DNA from: Theionarchaea archaeon | Lineage (GTDB): Archaea; Methanobacteriota_B; Thermococci; Methanofastidiosales; SZ-28-30 | Length of the DNA: 64,000 nucleotides | Assembly: GCA_018992685.1 (NCBI GenBank) | Contig: JACVGT010000018.1 | Location: 286,578 to 350,577, forward strand | Direction of reading: 5' to 3' | In this document: piece after piece, positions 9,484 through 18,493 of the stretch | Position numbering within the stretch: the first letter of the stretch is position 1 | How the letters are laid out: the number at the start of each line of letters is the position of its first letter | The notes under the pieces: generated by a model | The model's input: only the letters and a program-made list of their open reading frames with translations | Databases searched by the model: none | Told to the model about the DNA's origin: nothing | Made by a program: the position numbers and the translations under genes

Positions 9484-11112
9484 TCAGGTGAGCATTTTGA
9501 TCTTGTTGTCAAATACTTCTTCAAAAAAGGCAAGTGGCATGGTTCCTTCGTACAACATAGTGTCATGGAAGAACTTGTCAGTAAATGATGAACCCATCTT
9601 GGCTTTCACTCGTCCTTTCAGGTCCTTCAAAAGGTTCTTTCCAAGGAGGTACGATAAGGGATACGTGGGTAACATTGAGTACCATGTGACTTCACCCTGC
9701 GCTGCTGGCCGTTCCATACCAAAGTCCATCAGAAAAGCTACTGCCTCATCAAATCCCATCTCACCACGTGACAGGCTCACATCAACAATGATGCGGACAG
9801 CCCTCCACAGGACATCCCTCGACTGAATGAATTGGAGTTCTAGTGTGTCACAGAATCCCAGGTTCATCATCAATTCTTCACAATAGTGTGCCCAACCCTC
9901 AACCATTTCAGGACCGCTACATACCATTTTTGCATCGAACCCTGAAATCAGGGCCCATCTTACTTTGTCAGGATGCGTGCAGCTGGAAAACAGCTGGACA
10001 TGATGGCCAGGATATCCCTCATGGACACACCCATTAACTATGAATGGTTCATTATGCTCTCTCAGAAACGCTGGATCATCATGAGGGGTAACACGCAGAT
10101 ATCCCACGCGTTCATCTCCAACCACAGGAGCCGGGAAACATGCTGCCAAAGGAAGGATGTGTCTCATATGGACAGGCATGACATCGACTTCGTATTGTTC
10201 GCCTTCAGGAAGGGTTAGAACGTCATTATCGACAATGAACTGTCTGCTCTTTTTCACGTACGTACGGTACAGTTCCAGGATATCCTCGAACGTGGGAGGA
10301 TGTCCCTCTTTTATGAAATTCGTTACATATTCACTGGATTCTCCTGGAGCGATTCTTGATGCCAGTTCAGCCAGTCTGTTCTTCTCCTCGTGGTACCATT
10401 TCCAGCCGAGGGCTAGAATTTGATCTCCTGTATAAGGCAGCTTCCGCAGTGATAATAGGGTATCATAGTCTTTCCTACTGATAACCCAGGATGCTCCTGA
10501 TGGCGACAATCCTTTCAGGAAGGCACTGTGTTCTCCGATATGTTCTTCAACGGTACGTGCCCGTTCTTCTATCTCTTCAGCATCTCGTGAAGGAATTTCT
10601 TTTGAGGCTGCCTCGATAATATTCTGTAAGAGTAGGATGAGTCTTTCTGCTGACTTAACGGCCACATCCTGCCAGAAGGGGACGGGCGTAATGACACGCG
10701 TTCTGAATTCGGTTATGAACTGAGGAGATCTCTCTAACCTGGCCAGTATGGGGTAGAACCGGTCGGGGGTTCTCCTTGTGAACAGAGCAGTCAGGGCATC
10801 AGAGACCTGAAGGGCACAATCGGGATTTTTCTTGTAGTGCTGTAACACTTCATCTATGAAAAGAGATATCTTCAGTTGATGAATAGCCAATCTCCTGGTT
10901 ATTCTGTCATCAAAGCTCATCTGAGACTCATTAAGATCCTCAAATTGATGTAAAAATTCTCTATCCTGTTCAATATGTTTCTCATAGTCAGTAAGTGTTC
11001 CAGAAGGCATTAGTGTATCGTATTCAGTATATCCCAGGAGGGATGCTGAGAAGGGAAATCGCTCAAGGCGGGTCTTGAAAAAACCTTCCTCGATTTCTTT
11101 GAGATGATTCAT
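9484..11112 (-). CDS. DUF885 family protein (putative zinc metallopeptidase)
   Basis: HEGYPGHHVQ, EGWAHYCE and YLLG motifs typical of DUF885. Confidence 0.9.
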   Translation of the reverse strand: MNHLKEIEEGFFKTRLERFPFSASLLGYTEYDTLMPSGTLTDYEKHIEQDREFLHQFEDLNESQMSFDDRITRRLAIHQLKISLFIDEVLQHYKKNPDCALQVSDALTALFTRRTPDRFYPILARLERSPQFITEFRTRVITPVPFWQDVAVKSAERLILLLQNIIEAASKEIPSRDAEEIEERARTVEEHIGEHSAFLKGLSPSGASWVISRKDYDTLLSLRKLPYTGDQILALGWKWYHEEKNRLAELASRIAPGESSEYVTNFIKEGHPPTFEDILELYRTYVKKSRQFIVDNDVLTLPEGEQYEVDVMPVHMRHILPLAACFPAPVVGDERVGYLRVTPHDDPAFLREHNEPFIVNGCVHEGYPGHHVQLFSSCTHPDKVRWALISGFDAKMVCSGPEMVEGWAHYCEELMMNLGFCDTLELQFIQSRDVLWRAVRIIVDVSLSRGEMGFDEAVAFLMDFGMERPAAQGEVTWYSMLPTYPLSYLLGKNLLKDLKGRVKAKMGSSFTDKFFHDTMLYEGTMPLAFFEEVFDNKIKMLT

Positions 11113-11611
11113 GCTTCTGTGTGCCTTGTTTCAACATTTAAAGGTACCTTTTGAGATTCATGTAATTCCAGTTGCAGGAGAATATCTCAAAGACACTCTT
11201 GAACCTTTACGTTTGATGAACGTTAAACCCAAAGTCTTTTTCAATCTGAACCTCGTATCAACCACGTGTACCCCTCTATTTTGACATCTCCATGCACGAT
11301 CTAACGATATGAAAAGCACGGAATGTGGCTATCCGATCGATGTAGCTTAAGAATATCGGTCATTCAAACGCTTTCGGGTGAGATACTGCAAGACCGAGCG
11401 AATATACTAATACAATCTAATGAAAGAGCTCGCTGAACGCGGTTTACTTCTAAATCAATGCAATGCATCTTTTTGGAGAAGGTTACAAAAATTCTCATCC
11501 CAAATTACTTATAATTTGCCACAAGAGAAAAGGATGACAATCCAGAAGCGAAATTGTCCCAAGAGATGAAGAGAACGTGAAATAGTGAGATCACATGAGC
11601 AGGTGAGTCAA

Positions 11612-12595
11612 ATGGGAATGAAGGAATATATCATAAAAAGGATACTATTGGTAATTCCCATTGTGATGGGAATCTCATTCATCGTTTTTGTGTTAATGTA
11701 TTCTTTGCCGGGAGATCCCATCGATGTCATTTATGGGATAACACGTGGAATGAGTCGTGAGCAGATACTTCATATCAAGGAAATCTACGGATTTGATAGA
11801 CCATGGTATATCCAGTATTTGTGCTGGCTCAGGGAATTTGCATCAGGAAACCTCGGGTTCTCACTCTTATCGGGAAGACCTGCCTCTGAAGAAATCATGA
11901 TGAGAATCCCCAATACTTTAGCATATCAAGTGAGTGCTTTGATTCTTTCTATAGCTCTGGCTGTACCAGCAGGTGTTGTATCTGCGGTTAAGCAGTACTC
12001 GAAAATCGACAACGTTGTCATGACAGGTGCTCTGCTGGGTGTTTCATTTCCCATATTCTTTTTGGGGTTGCTGCTGATCTTTCTGTTTGCCTTGGTACTG
12101 AAATGGTTTCCCAGTGGAGGGGCGCACTCGGTACAATACCTGGGAAAAGACGTTCCACAGACTTTCAGCTACTATCTCGACTACCTCAAACACATGACAT
12201 TACCCACCCTTACACTAGCTGTTGCGACAACTGCATATACTGCACGACTGGTGAGGTCCTCAATGCTCAGCGTCTTACGGGAGGATTACATAATAACGGC
12301 ACGCTCAAAAGGGCTGAAAGAACGAATAGTAATCTATAAGCATGCATTGAAAAATGCAATGCTTCCGGTCATCACTGTCATTGGATTGAGGCTTGCATTT
12401 ACCATTGCTGGAGCACCCATAACTGAAACAGTGTTTTCCTGGCCTGGGCTCGGCAAGTATTTTGTCTACGCTATACAGCGCAGAGAGTACTTCATCGTTA
12501 TTGGAGTGACTATTGTCTTGGCAATTCTTATCATGGTGGCGAACATTCTAATTGACATCTCCTATAGATGGTTGGACCCGAGGGTAACGCTTTAG
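11612..12595 (+). CDS. Peptide/nickel ABC transporter permease (OppB/DppB-type)
   Basis: YIIKRILL, PGDP and EAA motif EDYIITARSKGL. Start at ATG 11612 or 11618. Confidence 0.93.
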   Translation: MGMKEYIIKRILLVIPIVMGISFIVFVLMYSLPGDPIDVIYGITRGMSREQILHIKEIYGFDRPWYIQYLCWLREFASGNLGFSLLSGRPASEEIMMRIPNTLAYQVSALILSIALAVPAGVVSAVKQYSKIDNVVMTGALLGVSFPIFFLGLLLIFLFALVLKWFPSGGAHSVQYLGKDVPQTFSYYLDYLKHMTLPTLTLAVATTAYTARLVRSSMLSVLREDYIITARSKGLKERIVIYKHALKNAMLPVITVIGLRLAFTIAGAPITETVFSWPGLGKYFVYAIQRREYFIVIGVTIVLAILIMVANILIDISYRWLDPRVTL

Positions 12596-12637
12596 ATACA
12601 GATGCTGACTCCTCAAAATGTTGGTTTCATGAGGTGT

Positions 12638-13579
12638 TCACCTGTCTATATAGTCAATGGGGCAGTAGAAAATGCCATGTCCATCATGGTAATCACTGAT
12701 AATTCCCTGTTCTTTCAAATAGGACATTATTTTAAACATTCTAAATTCTTTTGCAGGGTCTTTTGGATATCTGACATCTGCCAATAGGTAGTTTCCTATT
12801 TTGAAGAAAAGCGTAGAAGTAGGGAGATGAGAAAACAGGCCTACGATGTATTTTTCGTAGTGCGTTTGAAAACACATGGTAATGCTGCTGTAAATATCAT
12901 ATCCTCGGGGATAATAGCATGACAGTATGGTACAATAGTCTCTTAGAGTTTTTTTCCATTCCAAATATTTTCTCCAGCTTATCGGAAATCTCTTTCTCAG
13001 GTTGCTGAAATTCTTCCTCAAGTCTTCGTAGAAGTAATGATACAGAATCCAATCTTCTTCATCCCATTGAGGGGATTGGGGTGTCACATCTAGGCAGGAT
13101 CTTTCGATAGTTCCTCTCTGCTTCAATAGGGTGTCGATTGAATGAAAGGATTTTTCCCATGTAGTATTTTTGATGATGGGCGTAAAGATTTGTCCCAGGA
13201 GCCCTTCTCCTACTGTTCGTATGTATCCGGGGAATTCTCTAAAATCTGTTGGTTCATCGTATAGTGCAAGAACGTTCCAATCCCCCTGATAGACGGATAG
13301 ATACGTTAATCCGGGATAGTCTGAACATTCGTTGAAGATTCTGTATTTGTCTTCGAACAAGAGAAGTGCCCCTCTTTTTTCTGAACTAGGCTTCAGGCGC
13401 GGTTTTGAGGGTGTGATCACCCCTTCTTCTTCAGCCTTGTGTGCATAGTTACTCACTGAGGTTACTGGACGGTTAACGAGCTTTGCCACTCTCTTGTTGG
13501 AAATCCAGGGATCATCGTATCTCAACTGGTAGATCTGATGCTTCAGATTTTGTATTTCCTCTTCGGAGAGTCTCGTCAT
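12638..13579 (-). CDS. Hypothetical protein with N-terminal HTH (divergent Lrp/AsnC-like regulator)
   Basis: DPWISNKRVAKLVNRPVTSVSNY helix-turn-helix-like segment; second WDEEDWIL..DLRK repeat; RBS GGTGA. Confidence 0.6.
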   Translation of the reverse strand: MTRLSEEEIQNLKHQIYQLRYDDPWISNKRVAKLVNRPVTSVSNYAHKAEEEGVITPSKPRLKPSSEKRGALLLFEDKYRIFNECSDYPGLTYLSVYQGDWNVLALYDEPTDFREFPGYIRTVGEGLLGQIFTPIIKNTTWEKSFHSIDTLLKQRGTIERSCLDVTPQSPQWDEEDWILYHYFYEDLRKNFSNLRKRFPISWRKYLEWKKTLRDYCTILSCYYPRGYDIYSSITMCFQTHYEKYIVGLFSHLPTSTLFFKIGNYLLADVRYPKDPAKEFRMFKIMSYLKEQGIISDYHDGHGIFYCPIDYIDR

Positions 13580-13868
13580 AATATCACCATGTAAGGTTGT
13601 GATGAGTTCCTAATCAAGTATTCTACAGCAAAAGGTAAAAAAGGGTTTGGTAAATCCCACTTGATGTGCCACACACTCTCATGCAATAGCGAATCTGGCT
13701 GATGTAGTTCCATCACTCTATTTCTTGAACTCTCATTCTGGTAAGATGTAATTCTCGAGCGACGTTAGAACTAAAGACTCATGAACTACAACCTGACTTT
13801 GAAGCAGGTCCATTTCTCACAGCAGGAGTACGTCTGATCACTAATACATCACGCTTCTCAAGCTGTGG

Positions 13869-14383
13869 TTAGCACTGCATAGACTCCGCAATCTTGATCA
13901 TCTCAACCATTACTGCTTCTTTACCGCCCGAAAGATCAGCAATGAGAGAGATGGCCACGTTATCACAGTCCCAGCGAAGACTGTATGGGCCGGGAATTGA
14001 AAACCAGCCTTTGATCCCGTTCACAGTGACTACTGTTTCGCCCGGATAAGGGTGATGCTCCTGTTCATCATTGTGCCATTCCGATAAGGTGATCCTTCTT
14101 CCATTCGAATCTTCATATATCAATGTTATCTTGTCTTTACTCACATGAGCGCCCAGAAATGTGAAATCAGCGGGCAGATATTCTGGTTCAATTATTTCAA
14201 ATGGAATCCCTTCCTGGGCCCTTTCGACACTTATGAGTTCATCCCGCATGACCAGCGATGGAGACGGTGTGTAACATGGCGCCAGAGAAGACTCTGGCAT
14301 TCTCTTCACCAGTAAAGAGATACTCACGATCAGGAAAATGCTAATTAGTCCAACGAACATCCATTTTACTTTCATGTCATACA
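13869..14383 (-). CDS. Membrane-anchored DUF4367-like protein
   Basis: N-terminal TM helix; PEYLPADF, VTVNGIKG and MIKIAESM pattern. Start approximate (ORF open from 14429). Confidence 0.65.
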
Positions 14384-14438
14384 TCTCATGTCTTGATAAC
14401 TCTTTGCTGCCGGTGGCTTCCACATGCAAGAAGGCATG

Positions 14439-15006
14439 TCAGTAAGGCCAATAAACGACCACTGCTTGTCCTTCCACATCATATCGTTGACCTACACAGT
14501 CGTTAAAGCCAGAATAGAAATCCACTCCACAGTAGTACCAGTCTGTTGACGTTGGAAAGTCGTCGTAATCTGATCGCAAGTGGAAAACTCCATCTGACGG
14601 TGGACACGTGGGAGTTGAACTGCATTCAGCATTAAACATTATCGAAACGTATCTATCATTGGCATCATCCCAGGCGAGGTGTTCTTGGTGAATGTCCGCG
14701 TAAATGCTACAGGAGGGATTGGTTTGTGTACATCCCGTTTCAGCACAGTCGTTGTCAGGATTTAGTGCCCAGTACCATGTATAACTACCGGTCCACACGT
14801 AAAACCAGGCATAGTAAGTCCCCTTCACTTTCAGACGTTCCTTGAACTTCCGATATTCTGGATCCAGGTGCCCCCCCGCCTGGCTTCACTTTCAGAATCT
14901 CCATTCTGGGATCGAGAGGTTCTGGTACATATATTGGCTTCATTTCCATGATTCTATGAATATTTTCATGAATCAATGCCTCAGGAACTTCTGCACGGAT
15001 GATCAT
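14439..15006 (-). pseudogene. Cys/aromatic-rich protein gene split by a frameshift at a G7 tract
   Basis: ORFs 14785-15021 and 14439-14828 join as ...LKVKPGGG-HLDPEYRKFKERLKVKGTYYAWFY... if one G is removed from the tract (C7 at 14871-14877 on +). RBS GGAGG precedes ATG 15006. Confidence 0.65.
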
Positions 15007-15087
15007 TCTTATCGCCTCCATTTCTCTTATATTTATACTATTTAGTTAATGAAATATATAAACTTTGCGGATAGGATCTGAAATGTG

Positions 15088-15357
15088 GAATTCTAAAGCG
15101 GAATGATCGAGATAAGATACAGTTTCAGGAATTCAAGCATAATTTGAGGAAGTCAGTCAATCCAATTGCAAAAAAAGTATCATATGGGGGTACACAAAGC
15201 GTATGAATGGCTGGAAAGACTCCATGAGTGCTTTACAGTGTTCACAGAATATTTCCCTAATAGGCTTCCCATGTATGATTCTTTCCTCTTCATGTTTGAA
15301 ACTGATTACGAGGATTTTTTGTTGACTGTTCAACCTTCTGGGAGAGGGTATCAGTAG
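15088..15357 (+). pseudogene. Decayed fragment paralogous to the C-terminal half of the 12638-13579 protein
   Basis: NDRDKIQFQEFKHNLRKSVNPIAKK/YHMGVHKAYEWLERLHECFTVFTEYFPNRLPMYDSFLFMFETDYEDF aligns by eye with DEEDWILYHYFYEDLRKNFSNLRKRFPISWRKYLEWKKTLRDYCTILSCYYPRGYDIYSSITMCFQTHYEKY; frameshift in an A7 run. Confidence 0.65.
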
Positions 15358-15375
15358 ATGGCTCAAAAATTGTAA

Positions 15376-15492
15376 TGGCACGGTGCCACTCATTGAGTAA
15401 TTTCACATCAAAATGAGCCCAAATTCCAAGAAAATACAGCCAAGTGAATGGCACTGTGCCAAAATATACACAAAATCAATGGCACTGTGCCA
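15376..15492. repeat. Three copies of palindrome TGGCACNGTGCCA
   Basis: Copies at 15376-15388, 15449-15461 and 15480-15492, each preceded by AA. Confidence 0.9.
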
Positions 15493-15624
15493 ATCAAAAT
15501 TCTTTAGATAACTGAATTCAAAAGTTTTAACAATTCAAATTATCGTGCGAGCTTTTGCAGGAGCAGAGTTACTGAAAGTGAGAATGAAAAGAGGAAAAGT
15601 TGTTAGGGATCAAAACAAGTTAAA

Positions 15625-15701
15625 TGGAGCCCCGAGCGGGATCCGAACCCGCGACCTCCCGCTTACCAAGCGGGCGCTATACCAGGCTAAGCCATCGGGG
15701 C
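15625..15701 (-). tRNA. tRNA-Thr(GGT)
   Basis: GCCCCGATGGCTTAGCCTGGTATAGCGCCCGCTTGGTAAGCGGGAGGTCGCGGGTTCGGATCCCGCTCGGGGCTCCA folds as a cloverleaf with anticodon GGT and encoded CCA; TTTAAATA box upstream. Confidence 0.97.
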
Positions 15702-15806
15702 GTATCTCCTTCTTCACCTAAAGACTATTTAAACATTGTGTTCCGAAAGCAAGTATCGTATGGAGCTCACCTCAAGCAATAGGCATCAAACCCCAATCAC
15801 CATTTC

Positions 15807-17078
15807 TCAATGGCCCATTCTCTCTCTGATCTCATCGATATACAACTGCAGTTTTCTGTACTGGAGTGGTTCCAGCGGTTTCGGATGAGCCAGATCATTT
15901 CTGATCTCGTTCATTTCTATTAATCGTCCCTTTATCCATCCAATGCTGACAAAATATTGCTCAAATAAATCCCAATTGTTAAATCTCTGAGCCCGGTGTA
16001 AGATTATAGACAAGTAATTAGGAAAATCAGTGTAGTGCAGCAGCGAATAAACTGTTTTTTTCCTGATTCGAGCATCATGCTGACGTGCCTTTAACCGTTC
16101 TAGAGTATCAGGTGGAATGCGCTCCTCCCATTGTTCAGATCCTTTCTGCAGCACGTTTTCCAGAAATGCCCTGAATTCTTCCTCAAACTCGGCCAGAACA
16201 GTATAGGCCTGCGGGTTGCTGTGAATACCCTGCTGCACATTCTCAGCAAACTCCTCTAGAACCGGAGCCAAAACATATTCCCGTAAGAATCGCTTGTACG
16301 CCTTTCTATCCTCAACGGTAAAGTGAAGTGGATCTCTATAATACTTGATGATGCTTTTTTCCTTCATTTCTTCCAGGATCCCGGAAATATCTTCCAAGGA
16401 TATACCGCATTCCCTCAACTTGCGGAAAAAGATCCTCTCCTCCCTGGGTTCATGCAGCAGCAGTACCCGAAATATGTTCAACTCCTTGGAAATACCTCCC
16501 AGATACTTATCAAAGGACAGAATACGTTCTTCATTCATGTAATACTTCTCAAAATAAACATACACGTCAGGTGGAGTGACCACCGCCCAGTTCACGGGAC
16601 CTGAAGCTGTATATTGATGGACCTTCCTGGCAAATCCAGCGTCCATCAGGAGAGACTTTAAGACCACCACGAGGTCTTGGATCACAGGAAGCGGTGCCAC
16701 CAGTCTAACCTCTGGATGAACTGAAGGAAGATGCCTCCCCTGTGATAGCAGGTGTCCCAGGTATTTCAGGACCACATATGAGCCTTCCACGTTGAGCTTC
16801 TTGCAGTGCTCAAAAATGTCCCCAGCCCTCTCATGCAGCAGGTCAGCTGCGATCTGCTCCCCCTTTGCCGTACATCTCAGTACCTGTACTTTCCCCCACG
16901 TGTCCTTCTCCAGCAAATCATAGCCGTGCAGTATGCCTGTTGGCCCTGAAACATCTGCAGCGAGGACGCCTTTTCCAGATACATTCTGTTTAACAAACAC
17001 ATCTACCAGGCAGTCAAGCACCTTATCAGTATCAAACCCGTACCTGTCGAGCGTCTTCCGCAGCGTTCTGAGGTTCAC
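15807..17078 (-). CDS. Hypothetical protein with C-terminal Swt1-like HEPN domain
   Basis: EFEEEFRAFL...YTDFPNYLSII...NWDLFEQYF...EIRNDLAH, an RxxxxH HEPN motif. Confidence 0.7.
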   Translation of the reverse strand: MNLRTLRKTLDRYGFDTDKVLDCLVDVFVKQNVSGKGVLAADVSGPTGILHGYDLLEKDTWGKVQVLRCTAKGEQIAADLLHERAGDIFEHCKKLNVEGSYVVLKYLGHLLSQGRHLPSVHPEVRLVAPLPVIQDLVVVLKSLLMDAGFARKVHQYTASGPVNWAVVTPPDVYVYFEKYYMNEERILSFDKYLGGISKELNIFRVLLLHEPREERIFFRKLRECGISLEDISGILEEMKEKSIIKYYRDPLHFTVEDRKAYKRFLREYVLAPVLEEFAENVQQGIHSNPQAYTVLAEFEEEFRAFLENVLQKGSEQWEERIPPDTLERLKARQHDARIRKKTVYSLLHYTDFPNYLSIILHRAQRFNNWDLFEQYFVSIGWIKGRLIEMNEIRNDLAHPKPLEPLQYRKLQLYIDEIRERMGH

Positions 17079-17244
17079 GGACTGGAAACTGAATCACAGG
17101 TTATAAGGATTTCCCTGTACGCCTCCCGATTACACCTTTACTTGTAAACTGCCTGCAAAACCTCTGCCATGACAAATTTTTTTGTCAAAAAATCAGAGAA
17201 ATTAGTCAAAAAAGCTTTTATTCTTCCATTTCGTACTGGATACC

Positions 17245-17793
17245 ATGAAAGATAGAGAGGACATCATGCTGAATTCCCTGAATCACCGTGTGAGAAGAGA
17301 TATTCTTCGACTCATCAAAGGCAAAGGGAGTGCCACCTACACGCAAATCCTGGACAGAGTGGAATCACCCACAGGAAAGCTCAATTATCATCTCAAACAG
17401 CTGGCAGGGCTCATTGAAAAGACAGCATCTGACGAATATGAACTGACACCACTCGGGGAGAAAGCAGTGGAAATCCTGGAGGCCATCCAGACAGACGGGC
17501 TGGATGAATACTTCAGCGAGGTCAGTGAGGCACAGACCCAGAGCATATCTCCTCTGATGAAGGGATTGTTCAGGGGAGGTATTGCAGTAGCTGTCTTCTT
17601 ACTGGGATTCTGGACGTTCATGGGGTACCTCATGTATACCACAGGTGCACCGCTTGCAGTGTGGGTTATCCTGGTCATTCTGTATGCCCTGGGAGTTGCA
17701 CTGCTCTTGTTCTTGGTTACCGTGTACAAGACTGCTCCTGAATACATTGAACGGGTAGAATCCCGTATATTCAGGGGAAACCATGAGAAATAG
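17245..17793 (+). CDS. ArsR-like wHTH regulator with two C-terminal TM helices
   Basis: LNHRVRRDIL...TGKLNYHLKQL...YELTPLGEKA followed by two hydrophobic helices. Confidence 0.85.
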   Translation: MKDREDIMLNSLNHRVRRDILRLIKGKGSATYTQILDRVESPTGKLNYHLKQLAGLIEKTASDEYELTPLGEKAVEILEAIQTDGLDEYFSEVSEAQTQSISPLMKGLFRGGIAVAVFLLGFWTFMGYLMYTTGAPLAVWVILVILYALGVALLLFLVTVYKTAPEYIERVESRIFRGNHEK

Positions 17794-18493
17794 CTCTCTT
17801 TTCAATATGGTTGTAGTACTGGTAATGGTCACAGCAGCAGCTCCTGGGTTGACCTTCATCACGGTATTTGCACATGAAGGAGGACATGGACTCCTCATAG
17901 TTCCTGCCATCATACTCAATGGTCAGATACCTGATATACCAGCAGAAGAAAGTGAGCAGAACTGGAATCCTTTTCTAAATTTCCCGGCAGGAGTACTCTT
18001 GTTCCTCCTGAGTTTTCCTCTTGGGGTTGTGGCAAATGGGCTCATTTCGTGGCGTGCTTATGAGAATGCCCGCCCTTTCAGGATTCTGAGTCAATCTTTG
18101 CCCAGGACTCTTGTCATGGGTGTTTTCCTTTCTTTGTGCATCATGAACTTCAAGAGCGTGCTCAGCAATGTCTTTGGACAGGATTTTTCCTTCGTGTGGG
18201 AATTCCTTCACGTCCCCTATCAGGAGGATGTATTCAGATTCTTCCTCAAAGCAGGAGCATTTCTGGGGCTTCCAGCATACATGGTGATAAAAGAGAAGGC
18301 TAACAGTACGTTTGTGACAGCTGTATCTGCAGGCACGTTTTCTGGGTCATATCTAACTGGCAGACTGCTCTTTGAACCGTTGCAGGACGAGATGATGGCC
18401 CATTTCTGGTGGTTGTTTATTGCAGGGCTGCCCGTATTCGTGGTAACGGCTATCGTCCTGTGGATTCGGATCAGGACCCAGAGGTGTCCTTAA
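17783..18493 (+). CDS. Polytopic membrane protein with HExxH (M50/site-2-protease-like)
   Basis: FAHEGGHG next to the first TM; several TM helices; NVFGQD as a possible third-ligand motif; overlaps the upstream gene. Confidence 0.6.
   Translation: MRNSSLFNMVVVLVMVTAAAPGLTFITVFAHEGGHGLLIVPAIILNGQIPDIPAEESEQNWNPFLNFPAGVLLFLLSFPLGVVANGLISWRAYENARPFRILSQSLPRTLVMGVFLSLCIMNFKSVLSNVFGQDFSFVWEFLHVPYQEDVFRFFLKAGAFLGLPAYMVIKEKANSTFVTAVSAGTFSGSYLTGRLLFEPLQDEMMAHFWWLFIAGLPVFVVTAIVLWIRIRTQRCP

Noticed and set aside
15376-15492. CRISPR array
   Set aside because: Repeats are only 13-15 bp, spacers are irregular (60 and 18 bp), and there are no cas genes in the window.
11150-15624. Integrated element at the tRNA-Thr 3' end
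   Set aside because: The region looks variable, but I found no integrase and no duplicated tRNA 3' end (att site) by eye.
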